Positions 1 through 10,380 are shown, counted from the stretch's first letter. The stretch is DNA of 20,961 nt from Octopus sinensis (GCF_006345805.1 NW_021829669.1:1-20961), one strand, 5' to 3'. Translations and numbers: made by a program. Notes: generated by a model from the letters alone, not told the origin.

Positions 1-195
1 ATATATACATATATACATATATATATATATACATAATACATATATACATATATACATATATACATATACATATATATATATATATACATATATACATATA
101 TACATATATACATATATATATATATACATATATACATATATATATATATACATATATACATATATATATATACATATATACATATATACATATAT
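1..195. repeat. (TA)n/(ATATAC)n compound microsatellite
   Basis: Directly visible; ends abruptly where LINE coding sequence begins. Confidence 0.97.
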
Positions 196-2121
196 TAAAA
201 CAAACCCTAAAGCCTTCTTTAAATTTGCGAAAGAAACCACCTCGGTACACTGCAAGATTGGCCCACTCTTTGATAAAAAGGGCTCTCTAACTGAGGACCC
301 CCAAGGGATAAGTGAAATTCTAAAGGAACAGTATAAAAGTGTGTTCACATCCCCTCTGGGGCACATGCAAATCACAAACCCAGAAGTTTTCTTTGATGCC
401 ACAACACTCCAAAGCCAAACAACAACATCGACACATAGACATAACAGAGAGGGATGTAATATCTGCCATAGAAGAAATGAGAATAAACTCAGCTGCTGGA
501 CCAGATGGATTCCCAGCAGTCCTCCTAAAAACATGCAGGCATGCCCTAGCGGGACCACTGAAGAAGCTCTTCAGTGGTTCCTGGCTAAGGTAAACTGCCC
601 AGGGCGCTAAAAGAAGGCACCATATGCCCTATCCACAAAGGAGGGAGTAGAGCAGAGGCCAAAAACTACAGGCCAGTCTCCCTGACGTCACACATAAGTA
701 AGGTCATGGAACGAATCATCAGAAAAAAACTGATCACGTTCCTCAAAGAAACTAACCGTCTCACTGACACACAGCATGGCTTTCGCCCAGGAAGAAGCTG
801 CCTTACGCAGCTATCACACTACGACTGGGTACTGAAACAACTACTGGATTGCTCACAGGTGGATGTGGTATATCTCGACTTTGCGAAGGCCTTTGACAAA
901 GTCGACCACGGAGTGATATGTCACAAATTACTCAGACTCGGCATAACAGGAAAAGTAGGTGAGTGTATACATGACTTCCTGAAGGACAGAAGCCAGATGG
1001 TTGCAGCCATGGAGCCCTCTCGGGAAAGACACCAATAGCAAGCGGGGTGCCAGGGGCACAGTATTGGGACCCTTGCTGTTTTTGGTGGCGCTCTCTGACA
1101 TGCCCTTGGTAGCACAAACAACATCCCTCACTAGCTATGCTGATGACACAAAGGTAGCACAGGCAATCAAAAACCCAGCTGATGCTGACCTTTTACAACA
1201 AGATCTGGATGCCATATACAAATGGGCTGAAGACAACAACATGCAATTTAATGCTGGTAAATTTCAAGCCTTACAATATCAAGCTGTAAACACATATACA
1301 TTACAACACAACTATACTGGTCAGGAGGGATCGAAATCCCAGTATCAAAATCAATACGGGACCTGGGGATAGACATGAGTGACGATGCATCTTTTTTCTT
1401 CACACATCGCGAAGGTGGCGACAATGTGCAGACGACTCACTGGCTGGATCCTGAGACATTCCGGACAAGAGACCTGCGAGACCATGTTGACACTATGGAG
1501 GACATTTGTCCTAAGCCGCCTGGACTACTGCTCCCAACTGTGGTCACCGCATAGTGTCAAACTAACCACAGAGCTTGAGACAATCCAAAGACATTTCACC
1601 AAGAGGATTTCCACCATGAAAGAAAAGAACTATTGGGAGAGGCTTAGGGAACTCAATTTTTACTCCTTGGAACGAAGACGAGAGAGATATGCAATGATAT
1701 ACATATGGAAAATCCTGGAGGGACTACATCACCAAATTTGGAATTGAGAGCTGTTCCAATCCCCGTACAGGACGTCACTGTGTGGTGCCAAAGTCCCGTC
1801 TTCCACATCCAGGGTAAGGAGCAGATACTGTAATAGCCTGGAGTTCAGGGGCCCTCAGCTGTTCAACAAACTGCCAAGAAAACTAAGAGATCTACATGAT
1901 GCGGATGTGGACATTTTCGAAAAACATCTAGACAAGCTGCTTTCCGGGATCCCAGATAAACCCACGGCAAGGTACGAAGGTAACCTAAGGGCAGCAGCTA
2001 CAAACTCTCTCTCAGATCAGTGGCCAGCCACGGCAAACTGGACTTAGAGAGGGTAGCAACAAGGGCGGTACCCCAGCATGGCCTCAGCCGGATGGCTGAA
2101 ACAAGTAAAAGAGTAAAAGAG
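194..2121 (+). mobile_element. LINE copy 1, CR1/L2-group non-LTR retrotransposon; 5'-truncated, frameshifted ORF2 (RT) plus 3' tail
   Basis: RT motifs spread over several frames: [87 protein letters not shown]. 3' end CCAGCATGGCC-stem-loop-GAAAC followed by (GTAAAAGA)2. Confidence 0.93.
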
Positions 2122-2205
2122 TATATACATATATACATACATATATACATATATACATATATACATATATACATATATATATATAATACATATATACATA
2201 TATAC

Positions 2206-2242
<37 letters not shown>

Positions 2243-2662
2243 CATATATACATATATGCATATATACATATATGCATATATATATATATGCATATAATAT
2301 ATATATATATATGCATATATAATATATATATATGCATATATATATATCATATATATATATATATAGCATATATATATATATGCATATATATATATATGCA
2401 TATATATATATGCATATATATATATATATGCATATATATATATATATATGCATATATATATATGCAATATATATATATGCATATATATATATGCATATAT
2501 AATATATATGCATATATATATATGCATATATATATATATGCATATATATATATCTATATATGCATATATATATATATATGCATATATGTATATATGTATA
2601 TATATATATATGTATATATGTATATATGTATATATGTATATATGTATGTATATATGTATATA
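2122..2662. repeat. Compound TA-rich microsatellite (ATATAC to ATGCAT to ATATGT), largely self-complementary
   Basis: Unit polarity switches across the tract; the outer ~80 bp on each side are near-perfect reverse complements. Confidence 0.95.
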
Positions 2663-2729
2663 CTCTTTTACTCTTTTACTTGTTTCAGCCATCCGGCTGA
2701 GGCCATGCTGGGGTACCGCCCTTGTTGCT
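2663..2729 (-). repeat. Perfect inverted copy of the last 67 bp of LINE copy 1 (2055-2121)
   Basis: Base-by-base reverse complement, with no mismatch found. Confidence 0.95.
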
Positions 2730-3928
2730 CGGGTCTCGGCATAGGCGGGAAACTTGGAGAGTGGCTGCACAACTTCCTAAAAGACAGAAAACAGGCAGTT
2801 GTGAGCAATGGAGCCACCTCCAGGGAAACGCAAATAACAAGCGGTGTCCCACAGGGCACTGTCTTGGGGCCACTGATGTTCATAGTGGCCCTTTCAGACA
2901 TGCCTTCAGTTGCTACGATGACCACCCTTGCTAGCTATGCAGATGACACAAAGGTCTCCCACGCAATACAGAACCCTGAAAATATTGCGCATCTGCAACA
3001 TGAGCTGGACACAATATACAGGTGGGCTGAGGACAACAACATGCAGTTTAATGCAGGTAAGTTCCAGGCCCTGCGCTACTGGCACACAAAGGTAAATGAC
3101 GTGAAGACTGGATACACTGGCCCAGGAAGAATTGCAATCCCTGAGTCAAAATCAGTGCGTGACCTGGGCATTGACATGAGCAATGATGCATCTTTCCAAA
3201 TGCATATTGCTAATCTGGTGATAAAATGCAGACGGCTAGCTGGATGGATTCTCCGAACTTTCAGAACAAGAGAGAAGGAGACACTGATGGTCCTATGGAA
3301 AACATTTGTCCTCAGCCGCTTGGACTACTGCTCCCAACTTTGGTCACCACACAATATAAAACAAACAGCAGAACTCGAAGCAACTCAGAGAAGCTACACA
3401 AAGAAAATCGTCTCAATGCAAAATGTCAGCTACTGGGAAAGACTGAAGGTATTAAACCTCTTCTCCCTGGAGCGGAGGCGGGAGAGATATGCGGTAATAT
3501 ACATCTGGAAAATCCTGGAGGGTCTTGTCCCAAACTTTGGCATTCAAAGTTACTCCAACCGCAGAACGGGGCGCCGCTGCGTGGTGCCAAGGATTCCAAC
3601 ATCACCATCAAAATACAGGTCCAGATACTGCAACAGCTTGGGTTTCAGAGGACCACAGCTTTTCAACATCCTCCCTAAATGCCTGAGAGACTTACATGGT
3701 GTGGATGTGGGTTTCTTTAAAACTAAACTGGATCTCTTCTTGTTGGGAGTCCCAGATGAACCTACCTCACGACAGGAGACACGGATGCGGGCAGCAGCAT
3801 CGAACTCCCTTGTTGATCAAGTGCCACGTATCAGAGGTGGATTCACAAACTAGTGTGGCTCATTCAGCGGTGGTGCCCCAGCATGGCCGCGGCCTTCAGG
3901 CTAAAACATTTTTAAGGATTTAAGGATT
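2730..3928 (+). mobile_element. LINE copy 2, same CR1/L2-group type, 5'-truncated within RT
   Basis: Uninterrupted frame with [46 protein letters not shown]; stop at 3851-3853; short 3' UTR with stem-loop and a TTAAGGAT-type repeat tail. Confidence 0.93.
2732..3853 (+). CDS. Partial LINE ORF2 (RT C-terminal half), no start codon of its own
   Basis: Real portion of track ORF 2288..3853; the upstream YI-repeat part is microsatellite read-through. Confidence 0.85.
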   Translation, partial: GLGIGGKLGEWLHNFLKDRKQAVVSNGATSRETQITSGVPQGTVLGPLMFIVALSDMPSVATMTTLASYADDTKVSHAIQNPENIAHLQHELDTIYRWAEDNNMQFNAGKFQALRYWHTKVNDVKTGYTGPGRIAIPESKSVRDLGIDMSNDASFQMHIANLVIKCRRLAGWILRTFRTREKETLMVLWKTFVLSRLDYCSQLWSPHNIKQTAELEATQRSYTKKIVSMQNVSYWERLKVLNLFSLERRRERYAVIYIWKILEGLVPNFGIQSYSNRRTGRRCVVPRIPTSPSKYRSRYCNSLGFRGPQLFNILPKCLRDLHGVDVGFFKTKLDLFLLGVPDEPTSRQETRMRAAASNSLVDQVPRIRGGFTN

Positions 3929-3960
<32 letters not shown>

Positions 3961-4158
3961 CATATGAAAATATACTAAGAAAATTTAAATTTATCATATA
4001 TAGTGGCGTTTTCAAACTTCTTTTTTATAAAAATATACATATATATATATATCTATCTATATATATATATATATATACACATATATATATATATATACAC
4101 ATATATATATATATACACATATATATATATACATATATATGTACAGATATATATATAT
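3929..4158. repeat. TA/ATAC microsatellite tracts with a short unique spacer
   Basis: Directly visible. Confidence 0.9.
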
Positions 4159-4828
4159 ATATTGTTATATTTCGGAATGGTCATATTGCCAGTTTAGCCA
4201 ATAAAAACACACGCACTATATATTTGGTGTTATTTTGCTTCAGTGATATTTATTTTTTACATTAATCTTAATCTTATTTCGGCCAAAGTTCTTTCGTCAC
4301 ACTCCTGTGACCGCATCAGTGGTCCTTTGTTTTCTTCTCACTTACTTGTGTCTCTCCTTACTAACCGTCAGCCATTTTGTATTTCTATTGTATGTCTTCA
4401 TTTGCGCATGCTTATATCTCTATGTGCGTCTATGTTTATTTAGTGTGTGTGTGGGGGGGATGCCTGTAATATTTGTATCTTCTGGTTATATACATTCTTG
4501 TAATTTGTATTTTGTTTTTGTTGTTGTTGCTTTTGTTCTAATTTTGTTCATGTGTTTACATCCACCCATTATTATCATTACATATGCTTGTATGTATGTA
4601 TAACAACAATATTAGTAATAATAATAATAAATCTAATCGAAAAAAAAAAAAAAAGAATATACATATACATATATATATATACACATATATACATATATAA
4701 TATATACATATATACACACATATATACACATATACATATACATATATATACATATACATATATATAGATATTCATTTCTATTTCTTTAATTACCTGTGTA
4801 TTTATTATGTTTGCAGGATCCACTATTG

Positions 4829-5646
4829 TCATATGTTGTGGTGTGCGCTATTGCTCCATTCTAGTTTTCTATTCAGGCTAGGTTTATTTTCTATTATATG
4901 TGTAGCTTCTGTAATTTGTCTAATTGTTGCATCTGTTCTATGTGTGGACAATATCTTAATCTCTATGTTATTGATTGATCCCCCGTGTTCTTGTTCGGCG
5001 TGTTGGTACAGAATCGATGAGCTTTTACCTTCCTTGAGTTGTCTCCAATGTTCATTCACCCGCTCACCAATGCTTCTTGCAGTTTCCCCTACGTATGTTA
5101 CTGTCTTGTTACTGCATCGTCCCTCTATACATCTTATACTATAGACCACATTTCTGGCTTTACAGTTCGTTTGTGGGCTAAATCTACATACAGTGCAATA
5201 GTTATCCGTACAGAGAGTTCTACTAAAAGGATAGCTTCTACCAATTATAGATCTGATAGGGTTGCCTGGCTTTTCAACAACCTTAATTCTTAGTTTAAGT
5301 TTATCTAGGGTCCTTCTAAAGCGGTACGCTAGTTCACCTCCAGGGGTGGTGTCAACGAACATGACACTCTGGTATTTATGGCTATCATACCAAGAGTTGG
5401 CCTTCCCTATTTTCTTTTTTTTTTTTTTTTTTTTTGTCCTTTCTATAGTGTTCCATGACTTGTTCCTATAGAGTGGGCAAATCCCATTCCTATCATTACA
5501 TAATATATTATCAAATTTCTTCATGGCTCCTTTGTATACTCTGATCCTTTCTTTATGGCTGTAACCTGAGAACTGCATGCGGTGAATGAAATACTGTATG
5601 TGTCTCTTTAATTCTGTAGGCTCGCACATGCGTGACACATTTCTCA
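4829..5646 (-). CDS. Partial Penelope ORF: RT C-terminus, Cys-rich linker and GIY-YIG endonuclease
   Basis: VVY...[16 protein letters not shown] and [10 protein letters not shown]...PSLN motifs; CCHH residues (RC..RC, HW, HAEQEH); linker CTDNYCTVC...C; upstream MQFSGYS and MFVDTTPGGEL segments typical of PLE ORFs. Confidence 0.88.
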
Positions 5647-5648
5647 TT

Positions 5649-6086
5649 AGTAGAACTCTCTGTACGGATAACTATTGCACTGTATGTAGATTTAGCCCAC
5701 AAACGAACTGTAAAGCCAGAAATGTGGTCTATAGTATAAGATGTATAGAGGGACGATGCAGTAACAAGACAGTAACATACGTAGGGGAAACTGCAAGAAG
5801 CATTGGTGAGCGGGTGAATGAACATTGGAGACAACTCAAGGAAGGTAAAAGCTCATCGATTCTGTACCAACACGCCGAACAAGAACACGGGGGATCAATC
5901 AATAACATAGAGATTAAGATATTGTCCACACATAGAACAGATGCAACAATTAGACAAATTACAGAAGCTACACATATAATAGAAAATAAACCTAGCCTGA
6001 ATAGAAAACTAGAATGGAGCAATAGCGCACACCACACATATGACAATAGTGGATCCTGCAAACATAATAAATACACAGGTAATTAA
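5649..6086 (+). CDS. Second partial copy of linker plus GIY-YIG in the right arm
   Basis: Same peptide as the left arm from SRTLCTDNY; the C-terminus differs (HHTYDNSG... versus HHNI*) because of a 1-bp indel. Confidence 0.85.
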   Translation, partial: SRTLCTDNYCTVCRFSPQTNCKARNVVYSIRCIEGRCSNKTVTYVGETARSIGERVNEHWRQLKEGKSSSILYQHAEQEHGGSINNIEIKILSTHRTDATIRQITEATHIIENKPSLNRKLEWSNSAHHTYDNSGSCKHNKYTGN

Positions 6087-6547
6087 AGAAATAGAAATGA
6101 ATATCTATATATATGTATATGTGTATATATGTATATGTATATGTGTATATATGTGTATATATGTATATATATATATATGTATATGTATGTATATATATAT
6201 ATGTATATGTATATTCTTTTTTTTTTTTTTTTTCGATTAGATTTATTATTATTATTACTAATATTGTTGTTATACATACATACAAGCATATGTAATGATA
6301 ATAATGGGTGGATGTAAACACATGAACAAAATTAGAACAAAAGCAACAACAACAAAAACAAAATACAAATTACAAGAATGTATATAACCAGAAGATACAA
6401 ATATTACAGGCATCCCCCCCACACACACACTAAATAAACATAGACGCACATAGAGATATAAGCATGCGCAAATGAAGACATACAATAGAAATACAAAATG
6501 GCTGACGGTTAGTAAGGAGAGACACAAGTAAGTGAGAAGAAAACAAA

Positions 6548-6591
6548 GGACACTGATGCGGTCACAGGAGTGTGACGAAAGAACTTTGGCC
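6548..6591 (+). ncRNA. Candidate variant type I hammerhead ribozyme in the Penelope 3' arm (mirror copy at 4281-4325, minus strand)
   Basis: CTGATG-CG, stem GTCAC/GTGAC, GAAA, minimal AG-aa-CT, then T and TGGCC able to pair with upstream GGACCA. The core deviates from CUGANGA at A9. Confidence 0.35.
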
Positions 6592-6800
6592 GAAATAAGA
6601 TTAAGATTAATGTAAAAAATAAATATCACTGAAGCAAAATAACACCAAATATATAGTGCGTGTGTTTTTATTGGCTAAACTGGCAATATGACCATTCCGA
6701 AATATAACAATATCTGTTTCAACACACGACTTCACATAAAAAATCTTGCACAACAAATATTTAAACGTATATATATATATATATATTATATATATATACA

Positions 6801-7391
6801 TTTTTTTTTCTAGTTTCAGCTCAGAGCTGCGGCCATGCTGATGCACCACCGTTTCGTGCTACACTGTTATTGCGAAGAACCTCATCTAATATGTGGCACT
6901 TGGTGAAGAATGGAGTTTGATACAGTTACTCTCATTTGCACCTCTTGCCGTGAGGTAGGTTCATCTGGGACTCTTGACAGGAAGATGTCCAGCTTTGATT
7001 TAAAAACCGCTACATCTACTTTGTGCAAGTTCCTCAGACTCTTTGGGAGAATATTAAAAAGCTGTGGGCCCTTGAAACCCAGGCTGTTGCAGAAGCTGGT
7101 CCTGAAGCGTGATGGCATTGCTGGGATCTTTGGCACTGTGCAGTGTCGTCCCATTCTAGCATTGGTGTAGCTTACAATGCCAAAATTTGGCACAATTCCT
7201 TCCAGGATCTTCCAGACATATATTACTGCATACCTCTCCCGTCTTCTCTCCAGAGAGTACAGTCTCAGCTGTTTCAACCTTTCCCAGTAGCTGAGCTGTT
7301 GCAAAGAGACGATCTTCTTTGTGAATCTTCTCTGAATTGCTTCAAGGTCTGCCGTTAATTTTACACTGGTGGGTGACCATAGCTGTGAGCA
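6801..7391 (-). mobile_element. LINE copy 3, strongly 5'-truncated
   Basis: Frame from CSQLWSP through [20 protein letters not shown] to stop at 6882-6884; same 3' stem-loop motif, ending in an A-run. Confidence 0.93.
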
Positions 7392-7488
7392 TATATATAC
7401 ATATATATATACACATATATACACATATACATATATATATATACACATATATATATATATACACATATAAATATATATGCACATATAA

Positions 7489-7526
<38 letters not shown>
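7392..7526. repeat. TA-rich microsatellite abutting the LINE 3 5' end
   Basis: Directly visible. Confidence 0.93.
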
Positions 7527-7531
<5 letters not shown>

Positions 7532-8285
7532 TGGAGAAGAGAAATAACGCGTGCGTTCGGTCATATAGTAATATAATAAATAAATAAAATATATGCATAT
7601 ATACATACATATATGTACATACTTACATCTACATGTATATATACATGCATATATATATATATGAGTACAGGACACCACAAATAAACGTAGAACATGAGAG
7701 AGAAGAACATAATATCAAACAAGGAAACGGACTTTTTTAAACAACGAAAAAACAGAGTACAGGACAAACAATACAAGGAAAATTCCCCTTCATCAGCTGT
7801 CCCTGGTTCGACTCAAAGTGTGTTTTGAAGGTAAGGACAGAACACAGTCGAAGCAGTCCTTCCTGCAAAAGGAATTAAATAAAATTCTTTTGCAGAGGGG
7901 TAAAACAAGTGACAAAAACAGGACGTAAAAGCAATACAAATGAAGAAAAAACAGGACAGGAAACAAACAATAAGGGCTTTTTTTGCCTGGAAGGTGGAAA
8001 AATTAGTTAGAACGCATGTGAAAAATCGGCTTACGAAGGACAGAGAAGTCGATCTATACTTGTTGAAGGGTGAAGCTGAAAGAAAGTTTTAGCAACCCTC
8101 TGGTCAGGAGGAGGAGGAGGTGAGAGAGAGAGAGAGAGGGGAGGGAAGAAACCAGAAAGGGTGAAAAAGAAGGAGAGACGAGTAGAGAGAAAGACAGGGA
8201 GGCAGGGAGGAAAGGTCAAAGAGTGCGCGTCGTGATGATTCAAATTAAAACTTGAAGAGAAATAACACGTGCGTTCGGTCATATA
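7527..8285. mobile_element. Unclassified non-coding interspersed element with ~40-bp terminal direct repeats
   Basis: AAACTTG(GAG)AAGAGAAATAAC(G/A)CGTGCGTTCGGTCATATA at 7527-7567 and 8248-8285; purine-rich body with no informative ORF; flanked by microsatellites. Confidence 0.5.
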
Positions 8286-8357
8286 TATATATATATATAT
8301 ATATACATACATATATATATATTTATATATCCATACACATATACACACATGTGAATG

Positions 8358-8392
<35 letters not shown>

Positions 8393-8451
8393 GTTTATAT
8401 ATCCATACACATATACATATACACACATGTGAATGTATATGTATGTATATA

Positions 8452-8489
<38 letters not shown>

Positions 8490-8525
8490 AATATATACAT
8501 ATATGTATAAAATATATATATATAA
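8286..8525. repeat. TA microsatellite containing a duplicated ~40-47-bp higher-order unit (TTTATATATCCATACAC...GTGAATGTATAT at ~8322 and ~8394)
   Basis: Directly visible. Confidence 0.85.
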
Positions 8526-8562
8526 AATGTGTGCATGTGTGTGTGATGGACTTTATATATAC

Positions 8563-8634
8563 TTCTAAATGAATGAATGAATGAATGAATGCATGTATGT
8601 ACATGCATTCATTCATTCATTCATTCATTTAGAA
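8563..8634. repeat. Perfect hairpin with 35-bp arms and a 2-nt spacer: (GAAT)n folded onto (ATTC)n
   Basis: 8563-8597 is the exact reverse complement of 8600-8634, including the non-repeat TTCTAAAT/ATTTAGAA ends. Confidence 0.95.
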
Positions 8635-8699
8635 ATATATATTTTTCAATACTGAGAGAATGGGATATATAGGATAAAATCCTTACAGAGCAGGAAAAT

Positions 8700-8755
8700 C
8701 TGTCCACAACCAGCCATGAGAGTCGAACTCACATCCCTTTGATTCCAGTCAAATA
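8700..8755 (-). mobile_element. tRNA-like head fragment (probable SINE remnant)
   Basis: Minus strand reads TTTGACTGGAATCAAAGGGATGTGAGTTCGACTCTC: an anticodon-like stem and a B-box-like GTTCGACTC; no complete cloverleaf. Confidence 0.4.
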
Positions 8756-8780
8756 TATATAAATGCATATATATAAATGC

Positions 8781-8836
<56 letters not shown>

Positions 8837-8839
<3 letters not shown>

Positions 8840-9343
8840 GGTTCGGTGAATAAACTGTCATCTAAATTACACAAAAATGAAAATAACGCTGACATCTCAT
8901 TTTAACAGATACATTTACCAAAATTAAATAGAAACATCTTGAAATACTAAAGTGTAAATTTATTCAGTAAAATTACCATTGGCATCAACTACGGTTTCCA
9001 GACATGTTGAGTCTGAGGTCATGTGAGAAGATGAATGAAGGCATAACGTGACCATCATTAGTGAGCATTCCAAACATGTTGACTAGAGGTTTGATTTTTA
9101 TCACTTTCGGTACATATCCTCAGAATGACACCCAAACGCTCTGAAATGTTTGTATTGGAGCTTCTGGCATAAATGACAAGCAGTACAGTATGTTGTTTCC
9201 AAATTCCTAGAATGGTGCTGTTTTTGTCACAGACAGTGCCAAACTGACCCTACTGTACTGTGTAGTCAACAAAATTCTTTTAAATACTGCAAATGAGTGA
9301 AAGTAAAAGTATAAAATGGCGACAATTTACTCAGAACACCCTG
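8837..9343 (-). mobile_element. Tc1/mariner internal-deletion derivative (507 bp), resembling maT/DD37D type
   Basis: Imperfect TIRs CAGGGT(G)TTC...TAAA(C/T)TGTC, TA on both sides, and a minus-strand remnant MFGMLTNDGHVMPSFIFSHDLRLN resembling the transposase segment after the first catalytic Asp. Confidence 0.75.
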
Positions 9344-9470
9344 TATGTATATATGTAAGTATATATATATATATATATATGTGTATCTGTCTATCTATCT
9401 TTATATATATATTTACATATATATATAAAACTTACTTGGAAATGGATGCATGGCATTCGATCATATAATA

Positions 9471-9610
9471 ATATAAATAATGAATAAACATATGCATATA
9501 TACATACATATATGTACATACCTACATATATATGTATATATATATATGCATATATGTAGGTATGTACATATATGTATGTATATATGCATATATTTATTTA
9601 TTATTTATAT
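9471..9610. repeat. Fold-back in AT-rich sequence, ~60-bp arms with 2 mismatches and a 20-nt spacer
   Basis: 9471-9530 versus the reverse complement of 9551-9610, including the distinctive CATACCTAC/GTAGGTATG. Confidence 0.9.
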
Positions 9611-9831
9611 TTATATATATAGTAATATATATGTGTGTGTGTTTATAATTTACTCGACAATAAAATTGAATTTTCACCAGGTATGTGTCTTATTCAATAA
9701 TAAGTCAGTGTCAAAATGTAAGTACAATAAATATTAAATTCTACAATTTTCACACTTGTAATGAATCCTTTATTCCACTCATGTTTCTTGTCTCTTTTTA
9801 TATAAAAGCACTCATTCTGAACCATGCATAT

Positions 9832-9876
<45 letters not shown>

Positions 9877-9932
9877 TATATATATACATACTTATAGATG
9901 TTTGTTTTTCTTTCTCTTCTATCCACTTACAG

Positions 9933-10206
9933 AACATGGAGGGGGATCAACAAGTTCAAGGAGTTGCCGCGTATCATCGTCATCATCATCATCTTCATCA
10001 TCATCATCGTCTTCATCATCATCTCAATCTCATTCCCAATCTGCTGCCACTTCCTCTACATCCTCGTCTTCCACGATGGCATCCAAGCCTTCCACCTTGC
10101 CGTCATCTGGCGAAGCTGAGTTAGACGGCCCCACATCATGTGTGACGTTTGCAGATGGTGGCGCTCACTGGTACCGTTCATCAGCAGTTTTACTCAGGTT
10201 CCATAA
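9933..10206 (+). CDS. Exon A of an unidentified gene (poly-Ser tract, then MASKPSTLPSSG...WYRSSAVLLRFH)
   Basis: Acceptor tttctcttctatccacttacAG; donor AA|GTAAGT; open frame; ends in phase 2, matching exon B. Confidence 0.72.
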
Positions 10207-10233
10207 GTAAGTAGTTCGAGTGGCAAAGATAAC

Positions 10234-10380
10234 AGTGGTTAGTCATGATTGGAGATTGTCTGTCTCTAGCTAATTATGAAATCGTGGTTTCAATTCCCAG
10301 ACTGGCTATGCATTGTATTCTTGAGCAAAACACTTCATTTCACATTACTCCAGTCCTCTCAGCTGTAAATAGGTAACCTT
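10234..10380 (+). mobile_element. Degenerate intronic tRNA-derived SINE (duplicate at 11518-11664)
   Basis: CTTGAGCAAAACACTTCATTTCACATTACTCCAGTCCTCTCAGCTG matches, in reverse, the core of the SINEs at 16526 and 18184. Confidence 0.65.

Larger units (their letters stand above)
4159..6713. mobile_element. Penelope-like retroelement (probably Neptune-type) with inverted terminal arms 4159-5226 and 5647-6713
   Basis: Arms are reverse complements differing mainly by 1-bp indels and simple-repeat length. They flank a 420-bp unique core. Both arms encode a GIY-YIG endonuclease and both 3' ends face outward. Confidence 0.88.

Noticed and set aside
1998-2770. Long YI/IY-repeat ORFs here and at most other TA tracts, including the N-terminus of the 521-aa ORF
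   Set aside because: (TA)n-type repeats lack stops in several frames; these are microsatellite read-through.
3226-3678. 150-aa alternative-frame ORF inside LINE 2, and antisense ORFs over the LINE and Penelope sequences
   Set aside because: Shadow frames of the retroelement ORFs with no independent motifs.
6628-6706. Second CTGAAGC...GAAATA motif at the Penelope end
   Set aside because: No convincing stem I or stem II pairing.
7770-7815. Minus-strand CTGATGA followed by an AAGG/CCTT stem
   Set aside because: No GAAA after the stem, so the hammerhead core is incomplete.
8110-8215. GGA/GA purine tract with triplex or G4 potential
   Set aside because: Ordinary simple repeat in this context.
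9671-9690. CAG|GTATGT as donor of an upstream exon
   Set aside because: Upstream is microsatellite with no acceptor or open frame.
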